Notes: generated from the sequence alone by a model not told the origin. Shown: positions 9,678 to 19,276, counted from the first letter of the stretch. The stretch: 36,688 nt of DNA from Gemmatimonadota bacterium (GCA_039589315.1 JBDHHQ010000062.1:1-36688); one strand, 5' to 3'. A program made the numbers and translations.

Positions 9678-12600
9678 CTACCTCACGATCAGCCGGACCG
9701 TAGCTGACTCGAATACGGACGGCGAAGTCGCCTGGACTCGGATGGTGTACGCGCCGGGAGGGGTTTGTGACCCGGGAGGTGGCTCGATCGGCCCTTCTTC
9801 GGCGCTCTCACCGCACGCCACCAGCACAGCGCCATGGAGCAGTAGCAAGGTGGCGGCGGCACGAAACGTCGGAGCACCTGCCTTCCCCGCAGCGCGCGAA
9901 CCGACTGCGCTCAACAACACAAGGAGAAGGGTCCCGGCAACGAGACTCAGCCGGTGAGGCCGGAGCCGGGTGAGGCGCCTGCGGACCGAGACGTGGGATG
10001 CCGTGGCCGGACCGCTCGTGGCAACCCTCAGAGTCGTGGTCACGGAGGTCGCGCTCAGCGTTACCACGTCGGGCGCGATGGAACAGGCAATCGACGCGTG
10101 CGGCGACAGGCAGTTCAGCGACACAGTCTCATCGACCTGGCCCAGCGGCGTCACGGTGAGGGCATACGTGGCCGTATCACCGGCAGACGCAGTGGCGGCA
10201 GCGGGCTCGGCGCCGAGGGAGTAGCTGACGATGCCGTGACCCTGCAAACTGACTGAATGCGGACCATTCGTGGCCCCGGTCTCGAAGGTCACGGTCCCGG
10301 TTCGGCGACCCCGTCCCGTGGGGAGGAAGCGGACCGCTACAACACATGTCGAGCCACCCGTGACGGAAGCGGCATCGCACGAGTCCGTCACGGTGAAGTC
10401 GTCCGGATGATCGCCCTCGACCATCACGCTATCCAAACGCAATGGGACCGAGCTGACATTTCTGAGCGCCAATTCCTGTGGGGCCGTGCCAACACCCACT
10501 GGAGACTCGCCGAAGTCGTGGGCAGTAGGCGCAATCGTGGCGGCTGAGCGTTCGGAGTTTTCGACAAACGCGACAAACGTGTTCCCTGCAATTCTTTGCT
10601 GAGTGCCTACGAGCGGAAGGTCGGGCGAGAAGGTGGTGCCGGACACGTACATGTTGCCGGCCCCATCCACTCCCACGCCATCCGCATGGTCGCTGCCGCT
10701 CCCTCCCAGGAACGAGGAATGAACGAGCGCACCACCCCCCGGAGAGAGCTGGGCAATGAAGGCATCCTCGCAATCGATGTGTTCGCTTCTTACGCACTCC
10801 GCTTGAAAGGGGTTTACCGTCGGGAAGTCGCGCGATGCCGTGCCACCAGCGACGTAGATATGCCCTTCAGGGCCCACTGCGATATCCAGACCCTCATCAC
10901 TGCCCAAGGAACCACCCAAGAACGTCGAGAATCGAAGCGAAGCGCCGTCCGACGTGAGCGCGGCAACGAAGGCATCGGTCGTTCCACGCAAGGTCCCGAA
11001 GATCGGATTGGATGTCGGAAAATCGGTCGATTGGGTGAACCCCGTCAGATACGTGTCTCCAGACTCTTCCACGGCGATTACGTTGGCCAAGTCGTTTCCG
11101 GCACCTCCCAGCAATGTGGAATAGACCACCGCGGACCCGTCGGTAGACAGTTTCGTCACGAACGCATCGCTCGGCCCTCCACCGAAACTCGTCTGAACGG
11201 CGCCGGACGTGGTAGGAAAGTCGGATGACTCGACCTGTCCCGTGACATACGCGAAGCCCGCTTCGTCCACCGCCAGCATGTTTCCATGGAAGCCGCGTCC
11301 GTCATCTTCGGACCCGCCTAAAAGGGTGGAGTACGCCAGCTCGGCTCCGTCGGCGCTCAGTTTCGTCACGAAGCGATCGCTCGCTCCGGCGAGAGTCGAC
11401 TGATAGGCACCTGCGCTGGTCGGGATATCAGACGATACGGTCGAGCCAGACACGTAAACTGCACCAGACGCGTCGATCCCCAACCCGAGGGCGTAGTCGT
11501 CGCCCATGCCGCCGAGGAGTGACGAGAACACGAGCGCCGCCCCGTCAGCGCTCAGCTTGGTCACGAAGGCGTCTGTCAGTCCGCCTCCGAACCCCTCCTG
11601 GAAAGCCCCCACCGTGGTAGGGAAGTCGTGAGAATAGGAGTCTCCGGTTACGTAGGCATTGCCGGTATCGTCGATTACGATACTCGTCCCTGGGTCGGCG
11701 TCGCTTCCGCCCAGGTAGGTCGAGTAGATCAGCATGCCGTCAGGACCGAACTTCGTCACGTACGCTGGAGAGAACCCAGGATTGGTCGTCTGGAACGCCC
11801 CGTGCGTAGTCGGAAAGAAGCCACCGCCAGCATTCCCCACGATGTAGACGTTGCCGTTCGGGTCCACCGCCATGTCGTTCGGCGTTCCCCCTCCGTTTCC
11901 GCCGACATAGCTGGAGAGGCTCAGAACCGGGTCGATGACCAACGGGCGCCCAACATCGTACGGACCGATCCGTAGACCCACCCGATCCTCCCCACGTAGC
12001 TCGTATCTGCCTTCCACCAGGGTCCGCTCACCTTCGATCTCCTGGTAGACGACCGGGGCGTATTGGACCAATTCACCGCGGGGCGTATGCAGCCTCAAAT
12101 CACCGCGATCTGAAATCCTCAGATCGGTGGCGCCAGCGAACCTCATCACGATCACACCGGGGTCGTGATCAGGGTCTACGATCAGGTCGTACTCGAGTTG
12201 CGGAGCGCCGTAGTACACGACGTCGACACCTGGATATACGGCCTCGTATTCGACCTGCGCGTAACTGACGACGTCAGTTCGCCATTTCGTTGGATCACGC
12301 CCGAGGAAGTAGTTCGTGCTGCCCGGAAGCTCCTCTAGACCCACCAACCGTGTCTCGAGATCACTGCCGGCGAAGCCCAAGTGAACCACCGCGGTTGTCG
12401 TTTCGCCCGGGACTTTTCGGTGCGGTTCCGCGTGAATCAGGCCCGCTGTCGCCGTGTTCGGGTGGCTCACGAGCAGCGTTGCACCGGTCTTCGTCAGCGC
12501 GACCGTCAACCCCCGAGCCCGTGCCACGAACCGCACGTCTCCGCCACCCTCAATGGCCTCGAATCTGAGAGGCTGGGCACCGTACTCCGGAGTCCAGGAG

Positions 12601-12770
12601 GGTTTCTGCGGAAGTAGGTTGGCGTGCGTGCGACCTGGCGCGAGCTGTTGCTCGTGCCGGTCTCGCCCGGGAGCGACCAGAAGCGCGATGGTGATGATGC
12701 CAGCCATGAGCGCAGCCGGCACCCAGCGCTTGGACTCGGAGATTCTAAGCCGCTGGAGAAGCTCGGACAT
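9678..12770 (-). CDS. SBBP beta-propeller repeat surface protein with N-terminal beta domain, ASH/choice-of-anchor-D-like Ig domain and C-terminal membrane anchor
   Basis: NYFLGRDPTKWRTDV...VYPGVDVVYYG...PLVIDP, followed by about 7 repeats of YSTxLGG.G.D....IAVD..G..YVTG.T.S.DFPT. Then HDFG...V.FLPT..G.RTG. AGGAGG precedes ATG 12770. Confidence 0.9.
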   Translation of the reverse strand: MSELLQRLRISESKRWVPAALMAGIITIALLVAPGRDRHEQQLAPGRTHANLLPQKPSWTPEYGAQPLRFEAIEGGGDVRFVARARGLTVALTKTGATLLVSHPNTATAGLIHAEPHRKVPGETTTAVVHLGFAGSDLETRLVGLEELPGSTNYFLGRDPTKWRTDVVSYAQVEYEAVYPGVDVVYYGAPQLEYDLIVDPDHDPGVIVMRFAGATDLRISDRGDLRLHTPRGELVQYAPVVYQEIEGERTLVEGRYELRGEDRVGLRIGPYDVGRPLVIDPVLSLSSYVGGNGGGTPNDMAVDPNGNVYIVGNAGGGFFPTTHGAFQTTNPGFSPAYVTKFGPDGMLIYSTYLGGSDADPGTSIVIDDTGNAYVTGDSYSHDFPTTVGAFQEGFGGGLTDAFVTKLSADGAALVFSSLLGGMGDDYALGLGIDASGAVYVSGSTVSSDIPTSAGAYQSTLAGASDRFVTKLSADGAELAYSTLLGGSEDDGRGFHGNMLAVDEAGFAYVTGQVESSDFPTTSGAVQTSFGGGPSDAFVTKLSTDGSAVVYSTLLGGAGNDLANVIAVEESGDTYLTGFTQSTDFPTSNPIFGTLRGTTDAFVAALTSDGASLRFSTFLGGSLGSDEGLDIAVGPEGHIYVAGGTASRDFPTVNPFQAECVRSEHIDCEDAFIAQLSPGGGALVHSSFLGGSGSDHADGVGVDGAGNMYVSGTTFSPDLPLVGTQQRIAGNTFVAFVENSERSAATIAPTAHDFGESPVGVGTAPQELALRNVSSVPLRLDSVMVEGDHPDDFTVTDSCDAASVTGGSTCVVAVRFLPTGRGRRTGTVTFETGATNGPHSVSLQGHGIVSYSLGAEPAAATASAGDTATYALTVTPLGQVDETVSLNCLSPHASIACSIAPDVVTLSATSVTTTLRVATSGPATASHVSVRRRLTRLRPHRLSLVAGTLLLVLLSAVGSRAAGKAGAPTFRAAATLLLLHGAVLVACGESAEEGPIEPPPGSQTPPGAYTIRVQATSPSVFESATVRLIVR

Positions 12771-12804
12771 CGAGCCTCCTGCAAGACGGACGGCTGATCT
12801 TGCC

Positions 12805-12834
12805 AAGATAGGCGGAGGGCTCCGTTCCGCCCAA
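12805..12834 (-). promoter_or_regulatory. Putative promoter TTGGGC-N18-TATCTT
   Basis: Lies directly upstream of the SBBP gene RBS and has the recurring geometry. Confidence 0.55.
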
Positions 12835-12955
12835 CACTTTCCATGCCCGGGAGCGCAGGCTGGCTACGTGAACAGTCCGAGGTGCGCTGGCCCCAGGTCG
12901 TAGTCGGCCAACGGCCCTCTGCTGTCGATTGATGGAGTCTCCCTGGGCAGCCCCT

Positions 12956-13025
12956 GGCACTTCCTTAGAGCCGGCCGCCGCGCCGCGTGGTGATGTCGCG
13001 CAGCCCGGCGGCCGACTCGGGTGCC
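12956..13025. repeat. Long GC-rich inverted repeat (hairpin)
   Basis: GAGCCGGCCGCCG and CGGCGGCCGACTC are near-perfect complements, flanked by GGCAC/GTGCC. It lies downstream of the 13055 stop and may be a terminator or stabiliser, with no U-tract. Confidence 0.5.
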
Positions 13026-13054
13026 TCCGGTGGTGAGGCCCTGAGGGGCCTTGA

Positions 13055-13810
13055 TTACATGTCCGGCATGTGGGACAGGTCCTGTCGGAGCACCCAGAAC
13101 CGGTTGGCGGTGGGCGTCAGGTACTTCTCGAACGTGCGCATGATGTGCACGGCATCGGCGTGACCGTACGCACCTGCCAGCATCCGTTCGAGTGCGTTGG
13201 GCTCGCCTCCATCCAGCTCGCCCATCGACTCGCGAGCGATCGCAACGAACATCTGCGGGCCGGCGTCGAGGCCCACGACTTCATTGACCGTGTAGCGCAA
13301 CGACTCACCCTGCTGCTCGAAGGCCGCCTTGACCTTTCCGAACGCAGCTCGCAGGGCCTCGGTGCCCTCGGAAGTACTCTTGAAATCCCACTCGATGACC
13401 TGCCACATCGGGACTACCGCGTCTGGGGCGGGCGGGATGGATTGGTCCGACCACGTCACCCACGTGCGCACGTCGAGGCTCGTGACGTGGGATCCCGCAC
13501 GCTCCACGAAATCCCCCATGTCGGCCTGGGGGTCGACTGGGGGGTTGTCGAAGTCGGCCCAGGTGTGATTGGGAGAAACCCAGACGTACTCAGGGCCTCC
13601 GTGCATGGCCTGGTAGACGAAGCCAGGCCACGGATCGTCCTGCTCTGCATGCCAGCCGACGTGGTCGCGCAGGCCTTCTTCAAGCTGCATTACGTTTGCG
13701 AGATCGGTCGTCACGAAGTAGCCCATGGCGACGTCTCCATCCTGCGCCTGTACCGGCAGGACGAAGCCGAGGAAGGCACACGTGAAGGCGAGTCTGGTCC
13801 GGATCTTCAT
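13055..13810 (-). CDS. Secreted hypothetical protein (probably two NIPSNAP-like alpha/beta half-domains)
   Basis: Signal peptide MKIRTRLAFTCAFLGFVLPVQA, then two similar halves (…WADFD… / …MGELD…). Confidence 0.8.
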   Translation of the reverse strand: MKIRTRLAFTCAFLGFVLPVQAQDGDVAMGYFVTTDLANVMQLEEGLRDHVGWHAEQDDPWPGFVYQAMHGGPEYVWVSPNHTWADFDNPPVDPQADMGDFVERAGSHVTSLDVRTWVTWSDQSIPPAPDAVVPMWQVIEWDFKSTSEGTEALRAAFGKVKAAFEQQGESLRYTVNEVVGLDAGPQMFVAIARESMGELDGGEPNALERMLAGAYGHADAVHIMRTFEKYLTPTANRFWVLRQDLSHMPDM

Positions 13811-13881
13811 GGCAGAATCCTGAGTGGGGGGAGGGTGCCGGCAGAGGACAGCAATTCCAACGTCCTCCGGACGAGAGAGGT

Positions 13882-13911
13882 AAGGTACGAGGGGGTTCCT
13901 GGGATGAGCAA
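13882..13911 (-). promoter_or_regulatory. Putative promoter TTGCTC-N18-TACCTT
   Basis: Upstream of ATG 13810, with the recurring geometry. Confidence 0.5.
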
Positions 13912-14099
13912 CGGCAAACTGCCTGCTTCCCAACCCGACACAGGAGGGCATGGCTTTCGTCGATTTGCCTTGACTATTGCGCTTCCCTCGTCAACCCGGC
14001 CAACGTCTTCCGTGGGGCTCGCGTTACTGAGTCGAACAGGACCAGAAACAGGACCAGTTCGGCGCGGCGGGTCCTTACCCGCACCAAGGAGCGCCAGCC

Positions 14100-16601
14100 G
14101 TGAATTGCCTGAAGCGGCTCATCCACGAGATCCTGCGCCGCAGCGTGTGGCAGGTGCTGGCTGGTGCTCTGGCCCTGAGCGGTGCCGGTTGCGAAGCGGG
14201 CCCGCCTCCCCTCACCGCCGACATGCCCCTCCACCTCGAGGACCATCTTGACGCCGCGACCGTCGTCGGCTCCGAGGTGCCTGCCGAGTCTCTCGCTCCC
14301 GTCGAGTGGCGCTTCGACGAGCCACGACCCGATTGGAAGCCGGTGGTGCCTCTCCGGGGACCGGTACAGCCGGTCGAGACTAGCTACACGGAAGACGCCC
14401 TTCGCGTCCACCTCTCGGAGGCCAGTCGGCTGACGGGCGGGCGTGAGCAGATCCTTGGCATGATCTCGGTCGACCTTCCCGACTACCGACTCGCGGATTG
14501 GGGAACGGTTCTGGTCCGGGCTCGGACGTCGGACCTGATCGGGGAGCTGGACGTCGCGTTCAACCTGCATGAACGGTTGGACCGATCGGTTGGCCTCGCG
14601 GCCACAGCATCGCCGCTGGGGGAAGCTGCGCCCGTGATCGGCGACGGCTCCGTGCACACCTACGCGTTCAGGGTCGACCGGCTGTTCCTCCCCGAGCGAC
14701 TGTCCGCGCTCTTCCCCGAGGCCGAGTACCGAGGGGACGTTGGGCGAGCCGGGGCCCGAGACTTCACTCAGCCGTTGCGAGAGCTGGTGATCAGCACGTA
14801 CGCCGAGGAGCCCTCGAGTATCGAGATCCTCTCCGTCACCCTCGCCCCAGCCGAGGCGGCGTATTCGGACGCACGGGTGGGGGTTCGGACCGAGAGTCAG
14901 AACCTCAGGTACCGCAAGACGTTGTACACCCATGCTCCGGGACGCGTCGAGTACCGCGTGACGGTACCTGAGGGCGGCCGACTCGACCTGGGGATCGGAA
15001 TCCTACGGGAGGACGCTCCGGTTACCTTCCGGATCACGGCAACGCCCGATGGGGGCGAGACCGAAACGCTGCTCACGGAGGCCTATGCCGATCACCGGCG
15101 TTGGGCTCCGAAGTCCGTGGACCTGTCGCATCTGGCCGGGCGGGATGTGGAGCTCTCGCTGGAAGCCGAGGCCGAGCGCGCCGGAACCGTGGCCCTGTGG
15201 GGCGCGCCGACGATCAGCGGAACGCGCGCGACCGAAAGACCCAACGTGGTCTTCTATGTTCTCGATGGCGGCAGCGCCGATCACATGAGCCTGTATGGCT
15301 ACGACCGCCCCACGACGCCGAACCTCGAGCAGCTGGCTGCCGAGGGAGCAGTCTTCGAACGGGCCTACAGCAATTCGACCCATACGGAGGCTTCCACTCC
15401 CTCGTTCGTGACCTCGCTGCACACCAGCGTGCTGCGCGGCAACGGTGGTACCCGGATGATTCCGGCGGAAGAGGTGTCGATGGCGGAGCGCCTACACGCG
15501 GTCGGGTACCAGACGGCCCTCCTGACCGTCAATCCCCACGCGGGGTGGTACTCCGGCCTGGAGCGCGGATTCGATCTGCTTCGCGATGCAGGGGAGCCTG
15601 GGGTCAGCGACGAGAACTCCTCCGTACACCTGCAGAGGGAATTCTGGAGCTGGCGCGAGGCCTATCCCGGTGAGCCCTATCTGATCCACCTCCAGGCCAC
15701 CGACGTTCATGCGCCGTGGAATCCCGGGCCGCCGTTCGCGGGCCTGTTCCTCGATCCTGAACGGGCGGAGGAGGTCCGGGACTTGGCGTGGCGGGCGTTC
15801 CGACTCCGTGACAGCGTTCCTACAGCCACCGTCTACGCGGAGGCAGGCCTCGATCCGGCGACGGTCTACATCGAGCAATCCGCGCTGTACGACGAAGCGA
15901 TGGCACACCAGGACTACCAGATCGGGCAGCTGGTCAGGCGTTTGAAGGAGAAGGGAGAGTGGGAGAACACTTTGCTGATCGTCGGAGGCGATCACAGCCA
16001 CTGGGCGGGCGGGCTCCGCGACCCGACCATGAACCCGTACGACCCGATGTTCCGAAGCGCGGTTACTCGGATCCCACTGCTCGTGGTATGGCCCGGCCGC
16101 ATCGCGGGTGGCCAGATGTTCAGCCAGCCAGTGTCGATGATCGATGTCCTGCCGACGATCCTCGATCTCGTCGGCTTGCCGAGACCCGAGGTCATGCAGG
16201 GTCAATCCCTGGCACCCCTTCTGCTCGGCGAGGAAGGGTGGGAGCCCCGGCCGGTCATCCTTGACGAATTCGAAGTCGACCCTGAGACCGGCGACCTCAG
16301 CGGCGTGCTCGAGGTCATCGACGGGCGTTGGGGGGCCTCCCTATTGATCAATCCGAGCCCAAGGACCTATCTCCACTCGCAAAGGGACACCCCGCTCCTC
16401 CTCTACGACCTGTGGAACAACCCGGACATGCGGCTAAGCCTACACGAGGAGCGCCCCGACCTGGTGGAGCACTATACCGCGTTTCTCGAGGCGCAGTTCG
16501 AGGCACACCAGTCGTTGGCGCAGCTCTTCACACGGTCGGACCCGCTGGCGCTGACACCTGAGCAGCTCCAGGCGCTGCGGTCGCTGGGCTACATCAATTA
16601 G
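14100..16601 (+). CDS. Sulfatase-like hydrolase/transferase (alkaline phosphatase superfamily) with long N-terminal extension, probable lipoprotein
   Basis: RPNVVFYVLDG, YGYDRPTTPNL, DVHAPW, ENTLLIVGGDH, VSMIDVLPTILDL and LRSLGYI. Lipobox-like SGAGC. No C/S-x-P-x-R motif. Confidence 0.88.
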   Translation: MNCLKRLIHEILRRSVWQVLAGALALSGAGCEAGPPPLTADMPLHLEDHLDAATVVGSEVPAESLAPVEWRFDEPRPDWKPVVPLRGPVQPVETSYTEDALRVHLSEASRLTGGREQILGMISVDLPDYRLADWGTVLVRARTSDLIGELDVAFNLHERLDRSVGLAATASPLGEAAPVIGDGSVHTYAFRVDRLFLPERLSALFPEAEYRGDVGRAGARDFTQPLRELVISTYAEEPSSIEILSVTLAPAEAAYSDARVGVRTESQNLRYRKTLYTHAPGRVEYRVTVPEGGRLDLGIGILREDAPVTFRITATPDGGETETLLTEAYADHRRWAPKSVDLSHLAGRDVELSLEAEAERAGTVALWGAPTISGTRATERPNVVFYVLDGGSADHMSLYGYDRPTTPNLEQLAAEGAVFERAYSNSTHTEASTPSFVTSLHTSVLRGNGGTRMIPAEEVSMAERLHAVGYQTALLTVNPHAGWYSGLERGFDLLRDAGEPGVSDENSSVHLQREFWSWREAYPGEPYLIHLQATDVHAPWNPGPPFAGLFLDPERAEEVRDLAWRAFRLRDSVPTATVYAEAGLDPATVYIEQSALYDEAMAHQDYQIGQLVRRLKEKGEWENTLLIVGGDHSHWAGGLRDPTMNPYDPMFRSAVTRIPLLVVWPGRIAGGQMFSQPVSMIDVLPTILDLVGLPRPEVMQGQSLAPLLLGEEGWEPRPVILDEFEVDPETGDLSGVLEVIDGRWGASLLINPSPRTYLHSQRDTPLLLYDLWNNPDMRLSLHEERPDLVEHYTAFLEAQFEAHQSLAQLFTRSDPLALTPEQLQALRSLGYIN

Positions 16602-16700
16602 CGAGCCGGCTGGGGCTGACACGCAGGAGGACTCCGTCCGCGGCCATCTCCGCTTTCAGGCCGCGCTGGAGCGGTACCCCCACGAGCGAACAAACTCTGG

Positions 16701-16752
16701 AGTGGGACATTTCTGCTTCAACGAAGTGGGACATTTCTGAATCAACACTACA
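16701..16752. mobile_element. Solo terminal repeat of an IS1202/ISNCY-type insertion sequence
   Basis: Perfect 15-bp direct repeat AGTGGGACATTTCTG (16701-16715, 16725-16739), then ...ACTACA. From outside it reads TGT-N10-CAGAAATGTCCC twice. No transposase or partner end was seen. Confidence 0.7.
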
Positions 16753-16935
16753 CACAGGCCCCCGCCACAGCCTTGCCCTCGGGACTCTCGACTCCACAAC
16801 TTCGTAGGGTCGGCATACGGACGGGCCACCCGCACCTTCTGGCGGGACGACTCACCTACCTGACGTGGCCCAAAGCCCTCCCCCGGTGTGCCGCTATGTG
16901 AAGCTGTCGGTTCCTCTCGCCCGAGAGTCTTCGCC

Positions 16936-18963
16936 ATGGCGTCGTTCTTCGACCGCCTGAAAGAACGGAAGCTGTTCCAGTGGGCTCTGGCGTATGCTGC
17001 CGGGGCCTGGGTCCTCCTCGAGGCCACGGGCTTCGTTTCCGACCGTTTCGCATGGCCAGAGGTCATCGTCCGAGTACTGACGATACTGGCCGGGGTCGGC
17101 TTCTTCGTCACGCTGGTCCTTGCTTGGTACCACGGCGAGAAGGGCCGCCAGCGAGTGAGCGGTCCGGAATTGCTGATGGTCGCCGCGCTCCTGATCGTCG
17201 CAGGCGTCGCACTGACGACGTTGGAAGAGGGTAGCGCTCCCACCGAGCCTGCCCCGAACGGCACCGACACGGATGGCCGACCCAGGATCGCGGTGTTACC
17301 GCTCGACAACCTGAGCCCCGATCCCGACGATGCGTTCTTTGCCGGGGGGGTCCAGGAGGATCTGACGGCAAAGCTGAGTCGGATCTCGTCGGTGGCGGTG
17401 ATCTCGCGCTCCTCAGTGGAGCGTTACGCAGAGAATCGTCCACCGCTTCGTCAGATCGCGTCTGAACTCGGGGCAGACTACCTCGTGGAGGGGAGCGCCC
17501 GGGTGGCAGGTGACTCGGTGCGCATAACGGTCCAGTTGATCGAGGGGTCGACAGACCTGCACCTCTGGACCGAACACTTCGACGCGGCATACTCACCAGA
17601 CGCCTATTTCGGTGTCCAGGCGGAGATCGTGCAGCGAATCGCGTTTCAGCTACGTGCATCCATTTCGCCGACCGACGTCGAATGGCTCAGGGAGGTGCCG
17701 ACCCAGAATCTGGAAGCCCTCGAAGCCTACATGCGCGGGAACGAGGAGTACCTGCACGAGACCTTGCGACAGTCAACAAGCACGTGGGATCGAATCCCTT
17801 CGATCGGTTTCTACGAGAGGGCTCAGGAGCTCGATCCCGACTTCTCACTGAACCTCGCTCGGCTCGCACTGGCAGGTACGAGAACCTTCAATTACACGGA
17901 CTGGGCTCCTGAGCGGGTCGAAAGCCTCGCGAGAATGGCGCTCGCTCTGTCTCCCGACCTGCCCGAGGCCCGACTTGCGTTGGCTCGCTCCTTGTGGAGT
18001 GCGGGACGAGAGGAGGAAGCACGGTCTCAGCTTCAGCTTGCCCGGCAGACCGACCCGGACCATCCCGAAATCGCCCTGGAACTGACCAGCTACGAAGGCG
18101 TCTACAACGACCCGACCCTCTTCATTCAAACGCATGAGAGTCTGGAGCGCTCGCTTCCCGGTGACCCACGCCCCGCGAGAGCACTCCTGTGGGCGTACCA
18201 ACTGACACATGAGTACGACAAGGCCCTGGACGTTGCCGATCGGGTGGCGGCTCTATCGAACCCGCCACCAAACACGGTCGCTAGGAGTCGGGCCTTTATT
18301 GCGCTGGCAAGAGGGAACCGTCAGGGGTGGGCGAGGGCAGCATCTGCCATCCTCCGAGATAAGCCCGGGGCCTTCTACACCAACTCCCAAGACTCTCCGC
18401 ATCGGGTTCTGGAACGACTCCTCAGCCCTGAGGAGCGCCGGTTGTCGTTCGAGGCGGCCGTCCAAGATACTTCTGTAACCTCGTTCTTCGACGGGGAAGG
18501 AAAGGCTCGCCCGTTCTTCTTCATGAATGCCGCGATTCACGAGGCTGCCATGGGGCGGACCGAGTTGGCTCGCGCCCACTGGGACTCACTGCGTACCCGC
18601 CTCGAAGGCGATCCTCCTGCAAGTGAAGCTCCCCCTGGACGAGTCCGGCAATACCTGACCGACTTGTCTTTGGCGCATATGGGGCTCGGTGAGAGAGAGA
18701 AGGCGCTCCAGACTGCGGTGCGGATGGTCGAGCCACCCTTCGATCCGGATTGCCGAGAGGGTGACCGCCGACGGTGTCGCATCCTCGCCCGCGTCTATGC
18801 TCACTTTGGCGAGCACGATCTGGCCATCGACCTGCTGGAGGAGATATTGCCCATCCCCTCCTCGCTGACCGGGCACATCCTCGAAGTCGATCCGATCTGG
18901 AACCCCCTCCGCGACCACCCCCGCTTCCAGGCGCTGCTGGAGAAGTACGGAAGCGAGCCCTGA
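16936..18963 (+). CDS. Membrane-anchored TolB-like N-terminal domain + TPR protein
   Basis: MASFFDRLKERKLFQWALAY header, IAVLPLDNLS, EGSARV..VRITVQLI, TPRs and PLRDHPRFQALL. Confidence 0.9.
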   Translation: MASFFDRLKERKLFQWALAYAAGAWVLLEATGFVSDRFAWPEVIVRVLTILAGVGFFVTLVLAWYHGEKGRQRVSGPELLMVAALLIVAGVALTTLEEGSAPTEPAPNGTDTDGRPRIAVLPLDNLSPDPDDAFFAGGVQEDLTAKLSRISSVAVISRSSVERYAENRPPLRQIASELGADYLVEGSARVAGDSVRITVQLIEGSTDLHLWTEHFDAAYSPDAYFGVQAEIVQRIAFQLRASISPTDVEWLREVPTQNLEALEAYMRGNEEYLHETLRQSTSTWDRIPSIGFYERAQELDPDFSLNLARLALAGTRTFNYTDWAPERVESLARMALALSPDLPEARLALARSLWSAGREEEARSQLQLARQTDPDHPEIALELTSYEGVYNDPTLFIQTHESLERSLPGDPRPARALLWAYQLTHEYDKALDVADRVAALSNPPPNTVARSRAFIALARGNRQGWARAASAILRDKPGAFYTNSQDSPHRVLERLLSPEERRLSFEAAVQDTSVTSFFDGEGKARPFFFMNAAIHEAAMGRTELARAHWDSLRTRLEGDPPASEAPPGRVRQYLTDLSLAHMGLGEREKALQTAVRMVEPPFDPDCREGDRRRCRILARVYAHFGEHDLAIDLLEEILPIPSSLTGHILEVDPIWNPLRDHPRFQALLEKYGSEP

Positions 18964-18966
18964 GCC

Positions 18967-19128
18967 ATGTCCGTCCTGACCCGCCTCAAGGAGCGCAAGC
19001 TCGTTCAGTGGGCTTTGGTCTACGCTGCCGGAGCCTGGGTCCTCCTCGAAGCCACAGGCTTCGTTTCCGACCGTTTCGCGTGGCCAGAGGTCATCGTCCG
19101 CGCACTAGTTTGGGCGAGCCGGGCATGA
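18967..19128 (+). pseudogene. Truncated copy of the TPR-protein membrane header (53 aa)
   Basis: MSVLTRLKERKLVQWALVYAAGAWVLLEATGFVSDRFAWPEVIVR, then divergence and a stop. A 77-nt stretch differs from the 16936 gene at only 4 synonymous positions. Confidence 0.85.
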
Positions 19129-19199
19129 CACATCTCCACCTTTTCCCGACAGACAGCGCAGGCCGATCCCGCTAGGCTTGACCTGCACACCATTGGTTT

Positions 19200-19276
19200 C
19201 CAGCCCCGCCGGGCGTGAGGGGAGCCGATGGCCCGCCCGGTGGGTCCCTCCTCATCGGCAGGAGGATGATGCCATG
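19200..19276 (+). promoter_or_regulatory. Conserved structured 5' leader, copy 1 (includes RBS and ATG)
   Basis: Near-identical to the reverse complement of 27506-27588. It contains complementary segments CCCGCCGGG/CCCGGTGGG, GCCGATG/CATCGGC and CCTCCT/AGGAGG. Confidence 0.7.

Noticed and set aside
10600..11930. Internal DNA repeats
   Set aside because: Explained by the SBBP protein repeats.
16701..16739. Direct repeat as a CRISPR array
   Set aside because: Only two 15-bp units with a 9-bp spacer and no cas genes. It fits an IS end better.
16996..19100. Near-identical repeat pair as a DGR template/variable repeat
   Set aside because: The four differences are synonymous third-position transitions in both directions, the repeat is N-terminal, and there is no reverse transcriptase in the window.
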